From Chrysochromulina tobinii (Eukaryota): a stretch of DNA of 31,830 nt. The position numbers and the translations under genes were made by a program. Shown here in pieces: positions 10,156-20,290 of the stretch. Location: positions 62,001 to 93,830 of the forward strand of contig JWZX01003373.1 in the NCBI GenBank assembly GCA_001275005.1, read 5' to 3'. Below the pieces are notes generated by a model, which did not search any database, was not told the origin of the DNA, and saw nothing but the letters and a program-made list of their open reading frames with translations. How positions within the stretch are numbered: position 1 is the stretch's first letter; each line of letters opens with the position of its first letter.

Positions 10156-11061
10156 GACGGCACAGCTGATCGCGGCGCGTGGCGTACACTGGCAACATGA
10201 GGGTGGTAGTCGCTGTGCGTACACTACTGGCAACTGATGCGCTCGCCTACACTTGCCGGGCCACATGCCTGTTGCATGGTTGGATTGCATGTCGGGCACA
10301 CGAAAGCCGTTCGATGCTCGCGGGCTCCGGGGGCTCCTCGCCCAATCCTCGCCCCGCAGCGGTTCTTCGCGCGTCGGTATAGCGTCGGAACGGTGTTTGC
10401 GTGTTCAACCACTCGAAAGACCGCCGCGCGAGCCGGCGAGGACGTCGAACAGCGCTTGCTACCCACGCCGGTCCGGGACTTCATGTAGCACACCGAAGAA
10501 CGCGAGCCCCTCCCGCGCGTCTCTCGTCTCGTGTCTCGACTGCTCGACTGTCTCAATTATGGCGTCTCTCGTGTGTCTGCCGGTTTTTACGATACGGATG
10601 ATATCGCCGGGAACCGGGTGGAAGCAACTGTCGCGTGGGGTCAGTGCCGTACTGCCGGTTACAACCGCTTCCAAGTTCCATCCGGTCGGCTCGTCCCGGC
10701 CGTCCCCCGCTTTACAAGCCGCCGCTTGCTACGCCTATAAAAATTCCCTAACGCCCCGCGCCTCTCGCTCCGGGAGGTGACCCGGCGCGTGCGGCGAATC
10801 GGCGATGGTGGTTCGGTTTTCGGTTGGTGCGTCGCTCGAGTGCGTCGCGCGCCCGGCCTCGGGTGGTGGCCCGGACGAGTTACACGACACCACCACACTG
10901 GAGACTGGTGAATACCTGCTTCGTGAGCGGAGAGCCCGGCATGAGAGGAGCCCGCCGATCCGACGTGAATCCGACGATCCCATCTCACACGACGCAGACG
11001 GCGCGACAGTACAGTAACAGTAGCCGAGCCGACATGCTTGATCTCGACGGGACCGAGGTGC

Positions 11062-12845
11062 TCAGCCTGCAGATCGGTCATGCCTTGAGACCACCTGCGA
11101 CTCCACAGTGGCCATCCAGCGCTCCAGCCGTCGCAACGCTTTCAGCGTCGGATGGCGGATCCTGGCCTCGTTGTACGCATGGAGCGCGCCTTTCGCATCA
11201 TTGCCAGCGCGGAGCATGTCGCCGAGCTCAACCCAGGCGAAGACGTCGTACGGAGCCAGCTGCGTCGCGCGGCGCAGCCACTCCACAGCCTGCGCATCTG
11301 CGATCCCGCCAGGCCGCTCGCGCCGCAGCGTGGCTAATCGTCGCCACGCCCAGGACCACCCCGGAAGTAGTTGTGTGATGGCCAGCACGGCGGTCTCGGC
11401 ATTCTTGCCGTTGGCGTGCGCCCGCTCCGCGGCGGCAAGGCGCGCGTCACCCTCGGCCGAGCCTGATCGCTTCAGGGCAAAATCGAGCCCTTCCTCCGCA
11501 ATCTGGATCCGGCGCTCGAGAGCAAGCCGTTGAGCGAGCTGTGCCGGGGCATGCCGCAAAGCATCGGCGTCCTCCTCGGCGGTCGCGGCTGCATGCTTCT
11601 GCTCAGCCTTCCGAAGGATGGCAAGCTCCGCTCCAGCAACCTTGAAGACCGCGATGAGGGCACGTCCGGCAGCGGGCACTTGGCTCACAAAGAGGCCGAG
11701 CGAGCGAAGGGCGTCGTGCTCCGCCTTCTCATCGTTAGTATCCGCACCGCCCGCCAGCTGCTGTGTTGCCGCGAGGCTGCTCATGACTCGCCACGCCGCT
11801 GCGCGCTGGACGGCCGCGCTGCCCACGTCAGCAAAAAGCTTGTCTGCAGCGGCGAGACTCGAGATCATCCGCTGGAGGTGAGTGCGCGAGCTGGACAGGG
11901 CACAGGTAGCCAGCGCACGGCAAGATTGCATAGGGAGCTTCGTGGGGGGTGCTGCGCCAGTTCGAGTCTCGACGTTGTACACGCATCATCAAAGCTCCGC
12001 GTGTCAATGAGACGACGCAGCACAGGCTCCAGGGCCAGGAGCTGGTCGACCTCCGCTGTCGACAGCGCCGGCTCTCCAGCAGCGGCATTCGTAGCCCCCT
12101 CGGCTGGCATTGGGCCAACGAGGGGCCTGAGCTGTGTGGTTGGCTGCTGCTCCGGTGGCTGCGCTGATGGCTGCACTGATGGCTGCACTGATGGCGTCGG
12201 AGTCGCCGCTGGCGTCCGTCGGCGCTGCCGTGCCTCTTCGATAAGGAGTGCGACGCCGTTGATCAGCATCTGCACCTGTGGCCGTGGCCGCCATTTGCGA
12301 TCCAAATGATCCTCGTTTTCTTCGTCTGAAACGTCGGCGGCCGCAGTCAGTGCGATGCCAAGCGCGCCGTTAGCACTGAGCTGTAGAACGAATGGTAATG
12401 CGTCAGTCGTCGCCAGTGCGCCAAGACTGACTGTGCTCAGCGGTGGAATGAGCTCATCGGTGCCAATGCGAGCCAATTGAAAGCTTCCACACGATGAGTG
12501 CAGCACCTCGCCGGCAAAGGTACTCCCATCCTCAGAGAGAATGCCAAGCAGGCCGACGCGCACAACCTTTCCGGCTGTCACCACCCAATGCCCAGGCTCG
12601 AATTGGACGGCGCGGCGCATGGGCGAGAGCGCGTCGCGGTATTTGCCGCGTACCTGATACGCCCCATTCTGTGTTGAGGACGGGTACAGGAAGTGGAAGA
12701 CTGCATTCACACGCTCGTCTGAAGCTTCGTCTATGTGCAGAAAGAGCCACGCCGGAGTTCCGCAGGTGTAAGAGCCGGCATATACTTCGCCGGTTGAGAA
12801 CCCCGTGGCGGAGCTCAAGAGCTGCAGTAATAATATGCTTCGCAT
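11062..12845 (-). CDS. Signal-peptide protein with N-terminal all-beta domain and C-terminal TPRs; frameshifted near 11944-11985
   Basis: ORF 11865-12845 starts with signal peptide MRSILLLQLLSSATG-F. Overlapping ORF 11062-11982 carries TPRs (LLPGWSWAWRRLA; LAPYDVFAWVELGDML..ALHAYNEA). One frame change joins them and a G6 run lies at 11944-11949. Confidence 0.6.
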
Positions 12846-13104
12846 GACCGCACCGAGCCGCTTGAGAGGATTTCAAGTCGCCTCAGTAGAGAGAGCGCTG
12901 TGAGAGAGAGAGCTGAGAGAGAGTATAGGCGCGCGGCCTCGCCAACTCTCTTCGGCCGCGTGAACTCCCGAGAGCCACGAGGCCACCTGTGCGAAATACG
13001 AAAACGTTCGGGACAAAGAACTGAGAGAGGAGGTTTTGGGACGAAACCCGATTTGTCTATTTTGGTTCGCAAATGGCGCGGGTCTGGAGCCCACGAAGCT
13101 GAAA

Positions 13105-14562
13105 ATGCGCGTGCTGGCGAGTGCTCGAGCGACACTTTGCGCATCTGCAGCCTGCTGCATCCTCAGCAATCACCCTCTGCTTTGCGGCACAGCCGCATTT
13201 GCCGCGACGCCATCGGCGGAGGCGCAATCAGTCCTGCGGAAAGCGTTCACGATGGCGGCTCAGGGCTTTGACGAGCCAGCAGACGCGCTACTCACGCAGA
13301 GCATTGAAGTGTGGAAGAGAACACAGCAGCCACCGGACGAGCTTGCAGCGCTGTACAGACGCGTGGCACCGTCCGGCAGCGGCAAAAGCTTTTCGATGCC
13401 GCGCTTGCGGACTACACTGAGTCGCTGAGGCTAGTTCAGCAGGCTGGAGCCAATCCTGATCCGGCGGAGCTCCAGCGGACGTTCGTGCTGCGCGCGCGCG
13501 TGCAGGAGGCCCTCGAGCGTTGGAAATTTGCTGAGGCTGACCTCACGGCCGCTATAGATCGCCTCGACGAGCTCGACGCTATAGAGTCGACCAATCCTTT
13601 CCTGTTCGCCTCACGTGGAGCCGCACGCTCGCGACTTGGCGATTTCTCAGGCGCGGCCGAGGATGCGTTGCGTGCTGAAGATGAGTTCAAGATGATTGGA
13701 GATCGAGTGCACCGGCTCTCCTCAGCCGCTGACAGTGCGCTCTATCTCTATGGCGCTGATCGGATTCCCGAAGCCGTGGAGAAGATGCGATATGTCTTCC
13801 AGAACAAGGGTCTGCCTTCGAGCAACAACCCCGACGATCTCCCCTTGATACAGGAGTTATCGCGCAAGGACGCGGGAACTGGCATCTGGCGTACGCGGCA
13901 CACCTCTTCGGCGCAGATCGCCGCACCGATGCGGATACACAGGTGAGGTCGAGACTCTCTCGAGAGAGACTCTCGCACTCAAGCGCCGATCCCTTAGCTT
14001 CCTTGGATGGCCTCGTCGCGTGGCCTCGTCTCGTTGACAGGCCACGTCCTTCGAGTCTCTCCGTTTGCAGTGGGAGTCTGGGTGTATCCGACTGGAGGCG
14101 TTCGTTGAAGATGGCATCGCTCGGCTTGAGGAGGAGCGAGCGCTCCGAGAGGCAGACGAGAAGCGGGCAGACGAAACGGGCACCATGCAGCGGCAGCGCG
14201 CCTCGTCCGTCTCTGCCATGCCGTTGGGCCAACTCACGCCCAACTCGGATACGAACGCGCGCCTGATGGGAATGGATCCGCAGTCTCCTTACGTGACCCA
14301 ACGGCCAGCGACTGGGTGGATTTGGTACAAGACATCGGAGGGCGACGTTGAACGCCGTGACCCAGGCCTGCCCCTGGTGGAAGTGGACCCTACTCTCTCA
14401 TGCGCCAAATTCCGTTCGGACGAGTGGTTGACCAAGAACCGGCCCGAGTGGCCTTCCAAACTGCGGGCGGCGACTGCGAGGTATGCCGAGGTCGTGCCGC
14501 AAAAACCAATCGTGATGCCGCCGAAGGGCTCGCAACCGAGCAAGGGTGAGCTCGTGTTCTGA
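13105..14562 (+). CDS. TPR-repeat protein, probably organelle-targeted; indels near 13357 and 13874-13882; intron 13943-14070
   Basis: TPR motifs (AALADYTESLRL; AEADLTAAI; FASRGAARSRLGDFSGAAED). Correcting single-base indels gives ALY-TRGTVRQ and DAELHLAYAAHLFG...DTQ. CAG|GTGAGG...TTTGCAG|TGG then splices into ORF 14065-14562. Confidence 0.7.
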
Positions 14563-15072
14563 CTTTCTTATCGGCCGAGAGGGCGTCCGTGGTCCGCGAA
14601 GCCGGCGGCAGCGCGGGCGGGGAAGAGAGCGAACTTGAAGCGGTGTAAATATAGAGAGTAACAGTAACTCTGAGAGTCGGCTTCAAACAACAATGAACAC
14701 TCCGTTCCGAAACACACACGCTGTAGGTACGGAAAGACAGAGTTTACACCACACCTCCAAGGGCGCGCGGCCTTCGAGACGGCGGGAGTCCTACGCGGTC
14801 TTACCAAGTTACATTAGCGGCGGGTCACACCGCACCGCGCGACACGCCGAGCCGGAACCCTGTGCACACAGGCTCACTGGCGTTTGTCAAGATGCGTACG
14901 TAATGATGGAGCTAAATGGTACATCGAGCAAAGAGCGGCGCTCCCCGCACAGCCCGCAGCGCAACAATGCTATGGGCGATCGCCGGCCTCATCCGGCGAG
15001 AGAAGGGTACAGAGGGGTACAGGGCCTCGGGGAACCATCCTGCGATTCCGAGAGACCTCCTACTCAGCGGCG

Positions 15073-15558
15073 TCACGCGCCACGGCCGGCCGCAGCTAAT
15101 TGCCACGTGATGCTGATGCCCTCCTTCGAGTGCAGGCGAATCGCCTGAACGATGGACTGCAACGCTCTCTGTGAGCCATATGCCACCAGCCGCAGCCCCT
15201 CAGAAGAGCGTACGAAGCTGACCGCAACCTGCGAGCTCTGTTGTTCGACGTTGGCGGCCGCGAGCACAAAGTCGGTCAGTCGAACGTCAGCGGGCACCGT
15301 GATCGTAACTCGCGATAAACGCTCGAGCGTTGCCTCGATGTGTTTGGCAGCCAGCGTGTCATCGAAGACGCGCGGGCTGAAGGACTGTGCCACAGCAAAG
15401 GGCGAGGCACAAGTGCAAAGGGCAAGCCGCTCACGCGGCCTCCACTGCTGCCTCCACTGGCCCAAGAACGGCTGCAGCGCTTGCGCAGCACTGAACATCC
15501 CGATCAGTGTGAGTGTCTTGAGAGTCGAAAAAACCCCATTGTGAGAGAGAGCCTGCAT
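15073..15558 (-). CDS. Hypothetical protein with possible signal peptide (3' end uncertain)
   Basis: 161-aa ATG ORF with hydrophobic N-terminus (TLTLIGMFSAAQA) and alpha/beta-looking body. No family recognised. Confidence 0.4.
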   Translation of the reverse strand: MQALSHNGVFSTLKTLTLIGMFSAAQALQPFLGQWRQQWRPRERLALCTCASPFAVAQSFSPRVFDDTLAAKHIEATLERLSRVTITVPADVRLTDFVLAAANVEQQSSQVAVSFVRSSEGLRLVAYGSQRALQSIVQAIRLHSKEGISITWQLAAAGRGA

Positions 15559-15657
15559 GGGACGGCAGGGGCGTTCGCGGAAGGTGCTGCAATCATTCTG
15601 GATTCCTCTGGGATTCCTTTCGTAGACTTCGCGCCGAAGGATGGACGGACGGAACTT

Positions 15658-16632
15658 TTACCCGGTGCTCTGCCGCTGCTGCTGCTGCTGCTCAATGGCT
15701 GCCTCGCACGCCTTCAAATTCGCTACGGCACCTCGCGTGCTCTCGTGCGCGTCGCCGAGCGCGGCCGTGTTGATCGCGACGGCGCGCTGCAAGTATGACC
15801 GCGCGTCCGAGTGGCGGCCGAGCTGCGTGAGTGCCCCGCCAAGGTTGGCCAGCGCCGTCGCGTGCTGCGGATGCTTCGCGCCCGCTGCCGTCTTTGAGAT
15901 CTTGGCCGCACGGCGCAGCAGTTTCACAGCCTCATCGTGGCGCCGAAGGTCAAGGAGCAGCACGGCGACGTTGTTGAGCGAGCTGGCCAGATCGCCGTGC
16001 CGCGCTCCGAGTGCACGCTGGCGCAGCGCGAGAGCGCGAGCGTGCAGCGCGTGCGCCTCTTCGAGGCGACCCGCGCCGTGGCGCAGGTCAGCCATGTTGT
16101 TGAGCACGTCTGCACGAGCACGCGCATGAGCGATCGTGAGCTCATCGCCCTCTTCGGCCGCCGCGGCCTCGTCATCGTCGTCGTCTGCGTGCACCGCGGC
16201 ATCGAGCGTGCGCAACGCGCGCGAATAGCGCGCCTCAGCCTCCTTTGGTCGCCCCGTATCCGCGAGCACCGCGCCGAGGTTGCTCTCCACCGTCGCCTCG
16301 TCGAGCAGCGCGCCCGACCCGTCGAGGAGTGCGAGCGCCCGCCTGAAGGCGGCAAGCGCCTCATTGTGACGGCCGAGCGCCTTGAACGCGCCGCCGAGCG
16401 CATTTTCCGCAGTCGCTGCCGCTTGCCGCTCTCCCGCGGTGCGCGTCGGCGGTGAGCGTATCGCGCGCTCAAGCAGTGGCACAGCCTCGGCGTAGCGCCC
16501 ACCGGCGACAGCCGCGAGACCGTCCTCGCGCGCCTGCACGCCCGGGCCCTTGAGCACGAACGTTTGCGCCGGGGGCTGTGCTAAAAGCGCGCTCGCGAGA
16601 GCAGCGCACACCAGCGCCGACGAGATCGCCAT
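15658..16632 (-). CDS. Secreted TPR protein (kinesin light chain/nephrocystin-3-like TPRs)
   Basis: Signal peptide [18 protein letters not shown]. Repeats such as [19 protein letters not shown] and [18 protein letters not shown] are typical TPR_10/12. Confidence 0.85.
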   Translation of the reverse strand: MAISSALVCAALASALLAQPPAQTFVLKGPGVQAREDGLAAVAGGRYAEAVPLLERAIRSPPTRTAGERQAAATAENALGGAFKALGRHNEALAAFRRALALLDGSGALLDEATVESNLGAVLADTGRPKEAEARYSRALRTLDAAVHADDDDDEAAAAEEGDELTIAHARARADVLNNMADLRHGAGRLEEAHALHARALALRQRALGARHGDLASSLNNVAVLLLDLRRHDEAVKLLRRAAKISKTAAGAKHPQHATALANLGGALTQLGRHSDARSYLQRAVAINTAALGDAHESTRGAVANLKACEAAIEQQQQQRQSTG

Positions 16633-16842
16633 TCTTTTTTGACGAAAGGAGCATTAGACCCCTGGCCGCGGTCTGTTTCGAACGTACCGGTAGGCGTTGA
16701 TTGCAAAGATTGGGCCCAAAAGAAAGTCCAGGGCCCAAGTGGGCTTGGTCCCGGAGGACAGCAGGCGGCCATGGGCACGGCAAACCCTCTGACGATCAAA
16801 AGGCGACGGCGATCCTTCCAGACCCTCGGTCCCAAATTCGGC

Positions 16843-18369
16843 ATGCTCGTCAGTCTGCTCTTCGCTGCTGCTGCTGCCGTTGCACACTTGTCTGCGGAGC
16901 CTGAGGCCTCAGTCGTGGATGGCCATGAGCTCCAGCGCCGCAAGCTCTACGAGTACGAGCCTGGCGTCTGCGACTCGTTCCTGGTGACCAACTACAAGTA
17001 CGTTGCGGAGGCGCTGCTCATCTGGGGCATTTTTTACATGTTCTGGGCCCTTGCTATTGTGTGCGACGACTACTTTGTCGCGTCGCTTGAGGTCATCTCA
17101 GATGAACTCCATCTCTCCACCGATGTCGCGGGCGCGACCTTCATGGTGAGCGCCCATCCGCATTCGGCCGGCGTGCCTGCCTGCAAAGCCGAGTGGTCGG
17201 ACAGCCGTCGCGGCCATCAGGCGACTGCGGACAGCAGGCGCAGCGCTCTCAGTGCAGCGCACGCAGCGCAGCCCGGCAGCCCGGCTGGCCGAAGCGCTGA
17301 TGATGCTAGCGTTCCGCCACTGATGATAGTGATGATGGCGATACCCTGAGTGCCGCTTACCACTCTCGCGCCTCGCTCGCTCCGTGCCGTGCAGGCTGCG
17401 GGATCATCGGCGCCTGAGCTGTTCACGTCGGTCATGGGCGTCTTCGCCGTCAAGAACGACGTTGGCATCGGCACCATCGTCGGCTCCGCTGTCTTCAACC
17501 TGTGCTGCATCATCGGCGGCACGGCGCTGTTCACGCCGCAGGTGCTTACGATCGATTGGAAGCCGATCACACGTGACTCGCTGTTCTACGCCGCGTCGAT
17601 CGTGGCGATGATCGCGGTGCTGGTCGACGGCGCTGTGACGTTGAACGAGGCGATCGCCCTCATCGTGACCTACAGCTTGTACGTGCTGTTCATGTACTTC
17701 AACACGCCGATCTTTGAGGCCGTCTCCAGATGCTGCGGCGAGAGCCCCTCGTCGCCAGAGGAGGAGGAGGAGGAGAAGAAGGAGGACGAGGAGGACGAGG
17801 ACTCGCCCATCTCGGCGGCGATCGCCCGCCCGCTCGCCCTGCTCTTCGAGGTGACCATCCCCAACTGCTCCAAGGAGCCCAACAAGGGCCGCTACATGAC
17901 CACGTTCTTCACATCCGTGTTTTGGATCGGTGTGCTCTCGTACTTCATGGTGACGTGGGCATCCAAGCTCGGCTGCATCTGGAACATCCATCCCGCCGTC
18001 ATGGGTGTCACCATCCTCGCCGCGGGCACCTCGGTGCCCGACGCGATCGGCTCGCTTCTCGTGGCGCGCGACGGCCACGGCGACATGGCCGTATCCAACG
18101 CCATCGGCTCCAACGTCTTCGACATCCTGCTTGGCCTGGGCGTGCCGTGGGTGATGGGCGCCGTCATCTACGGAGGTGACGTCGAGGTCGACGCCGACAA
18201 CATCGTGCCGCTCACGCTCATCCTCTTTGGGACGCTCGTCGGCGTGTACGTCGTCACCGTGTGCTCGGGCTTTCGCCTCACCAAGTTGGTCGGCGCCATC
18301 TTCTTCTCCATGTACTTCCTGTTTGTCGCGTACGTGCTGATGCACGAGTTCCACATGATCTCCTTCTAG
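16843..18369 (+). CDS. K+-dependent Na+/Ca2+ exchanger (NCKX, SLC24 family); intron 17146-17394
   Basis: The spliced alpha-1 repeat reads [20 protein letters not shown]...[12 protein letters not shown] and alpha-2 reads [14 protein letters not shown]...[24 protein letters not shown]. Canonical GTGAG...GCAG intron. An alternative upstream ATG lies at 16771. Confidence 0.95.
17292..17358 (+). ncRNA. Candidate intronic box C/D snoRNA
   Basis: C box TGATGA 17298-17303, D' CTGA 17320-17323, C' GTGATGA 17329-17335 and D CTGA 17346-17349 lie in correct order. Terminal complementarity is GCGC/GTGC and AAGCG/CGCTT. It sits on the sense strand of the NCKX intron. Confidence 0.55.
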
Positions 18370-18655
18370 AGAGCTTAGAGAGGCGCAGCAGCGTGCCCGC
18401 TGCCAGCATGTGCGTTTGCAGTCGGGGATGCCATGGTGCAGCTGGCTGCCGTGGTGACGAGCTCTGGGAGGCGCGCCGCCGTCGCCTCGGAAGGCGGGTG
18501 CGAGCCGGTCTAGTACTTTGACCTTCGCCATCTGGGCCTCTCTCATGTATACAATAATTAAACGCCCTCCAAGAGGTGATTGTGTAAAGTTGGCCGCGCC
18601 GTGTCGAAGAGGGTGGTCCATTCGTTCACAGGAAATCCTAGTTATCTCCAAAACA

Positions 18656-20203
18656 ATGATGCGAAGGTGTTTACTTGTCTCCGTGGCGGTGTACGCAATT
18701 CTACTCGGCAAGGCGTTGTTTATGCCGGCCGAGGATTACGAGCTGTCGTCGTCGCAGCCTGCGCACGCTAGCACTCAGCTGCCGCCATCTGCACCCTCAC
18801 CGTCTGTGACCAGGGACCGCCATGCTAAGAAGCACGATGTTATGCTGAAGAATGACGACACCGCGAGCACGCCTGCTTACGTGCTCGTGTCATTCAAAGA
18901 CCTCACGGCGCTTGGAGATGGGCTCCGGCTCCTCGTTTCCGACGACGGCCTCTCTTGGTCGGCACTACCGGGTGAACCACTGCTCCTACCGCTTGCCAGC
19001 ATCGAAGGAGCTCGTGTCTTCCGCGACCCATCGGTCGCATGGCACGACGGCTGGTTTCACCTCGTGTTCACATCTGACCTGTGCGTCGACCAGGTGCCGG
19101 GTAAATGGGTCTGCCGGAGGCATGGCAAGCCACCGCGGCCGGTTGCTCGATTCGGCTACGCCAGGTCCCGAGACCTTGTGCACTGGGAGGCCGTGCGCCT
19201 CGTCGAAGCGCCGATCGAAGACGCGTGCTCGCTGTGGGCACCCGAGGTCAGCGTCTTGCCTTCTGAAGGCGACGAACCCGCAAGATTGCTGGTCATGTTC
19301 ACAGCGACTCAGGCCGCCGACCTCTGCCCATCCCAGATGCGCGAGAGCGTCCACCGGCCTTTCTACATGTTTGGTCGTCCAGAGACGGGAGAGGAACTTG
19401 ACACCTCTACGATCCGCTGGTCCGCGCCGATGCCCATGGCCATCGGCAATGGCGGGTCGATGATCGATCTCCACGCGATGCGGCTGCCGAGGCAGCACGA
19501 GAGCGACCATGACGACGACCACGACGACGGTGGCATGCGCGCTCAGCACGGCGCTCCAGTGGCGGCGCACCTTAGCCAGGGCGCCTCCCGATATCTCCTC
19601 ATCTACAAAGCCGAGGCCAGTCGCTGTGGGAAGGGGTACTCGACGCCATTCGAGTGGACGGTTGGGGCCGATTATCGAAACTCCTCGTGCGCTCTGGTGC
19701 TTCGTCAGGCTGTCGCCGAGCATCCAACGGGCCCTTGGGTCGACGATCCGCATGCTGTAGGCGCCTTCTTCCCACACGCCATCTCACGGCCATGTGTCGA
19801 GGGTCCGAGCATGCTGCAAGCGGCAGACGGCGGCTGGCTTGTGTTGTTCGACGCCTACCGCACCGACTGCACGCTCCTTGTACCTGGTGACACCCGCGGT
19901 TGTGGCACCGTCGGGGGTTTGCCAGCCGCGGCGGCCAATCTGCACGCCGTCGCCAGCAGGTCCACGAAAAAGTCCTGTGGCTACCAGACGAAGCGCCGCG
20001 GATTCGGCGCCCTGCGATCTGCCGACCTGGCGGTCTGGACCGACGTTTCCGGCAGCGTGTCCTCGCCAGCTGACTACAAGCATGGCACAGCCATTAAGCT
20101 GCCACAGAGGGCTCGGACGACCATATGCGAGCTCGCAGGCCGCACCGGGGCGCTCGCTCCGCTGTGTCGCGGCGGGGTGTTGAGCCCTCGCACCAAACAT
20201 TAG
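18656..20203 (+). CDS. GH43-like five-bladed beta-propeller glycoside hydrolase with N-terminal signal/anchor
   Basis: Motifs FRDPSV, GYARSRDLVHW, WAPE, MIDL, VEGPS, SADLAVWTD and KHGT. The catalytic D (RDP), D (ID) and E (EGP) are present. Hydrophobic N-terminus from ATG 18656. Confidence 0.8.
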   Translation: MMRRCLLVSVAVYAILLGKALFMPAEDYELSSSQPAHASTQLPPSAPSPSVTRDRHAKKHDVMLKNDDTASTPAYVLVSFKDLTALGDGLRLLVSDDGLSWSALPGEPLLLPLASIEGARVFRDPSVAWHDGWFHLVFTSDLCVDQVPGKWVCRRHGKPPRPVARFGYARSRDLVHWEAVRLVEAPIEDACSLWAPEVSVLPSEGDEPARLLVMFTATQAADLCPSQMRESVHRPFYMFGRPETGEELDTSTIRWSAPMPMAIGNGGSMIDLHAMRLPRQHESDHDDDHDDGGMRAQHGAPVAAHLSQGASRYLLIYKAEASRCGKGYSTPFEWTVGADYRNSSCALVLRQAVAEHPTGPWVDDPHAVGAFFPHAISRPCVEGPSMLQAADGGWLVLFDAYRTDCTLLVPGDTRGCGTVGGLPAAAANLHAVASRSTKKSCGYQTKRRGFGALRSADLAVWTDVSGSVSSPADYKHGTAIKLPQRARTTICELAGRTGALAPLCRGGVLSPRTKH

Positions 20204-20290
20204 CGCCGTCTCCAGGTGTAACTTCTTTGTGTGTTCGGCGCGCACAGTTTCTAATTCACAGCCTTCCAAAACAGTTTCACAGAATCGACA

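Noticed and set aside
17404..18711. 435-aa minus-strand ORF over NCKX
   Set aside because: Antisense shadow of a well-supported gene.
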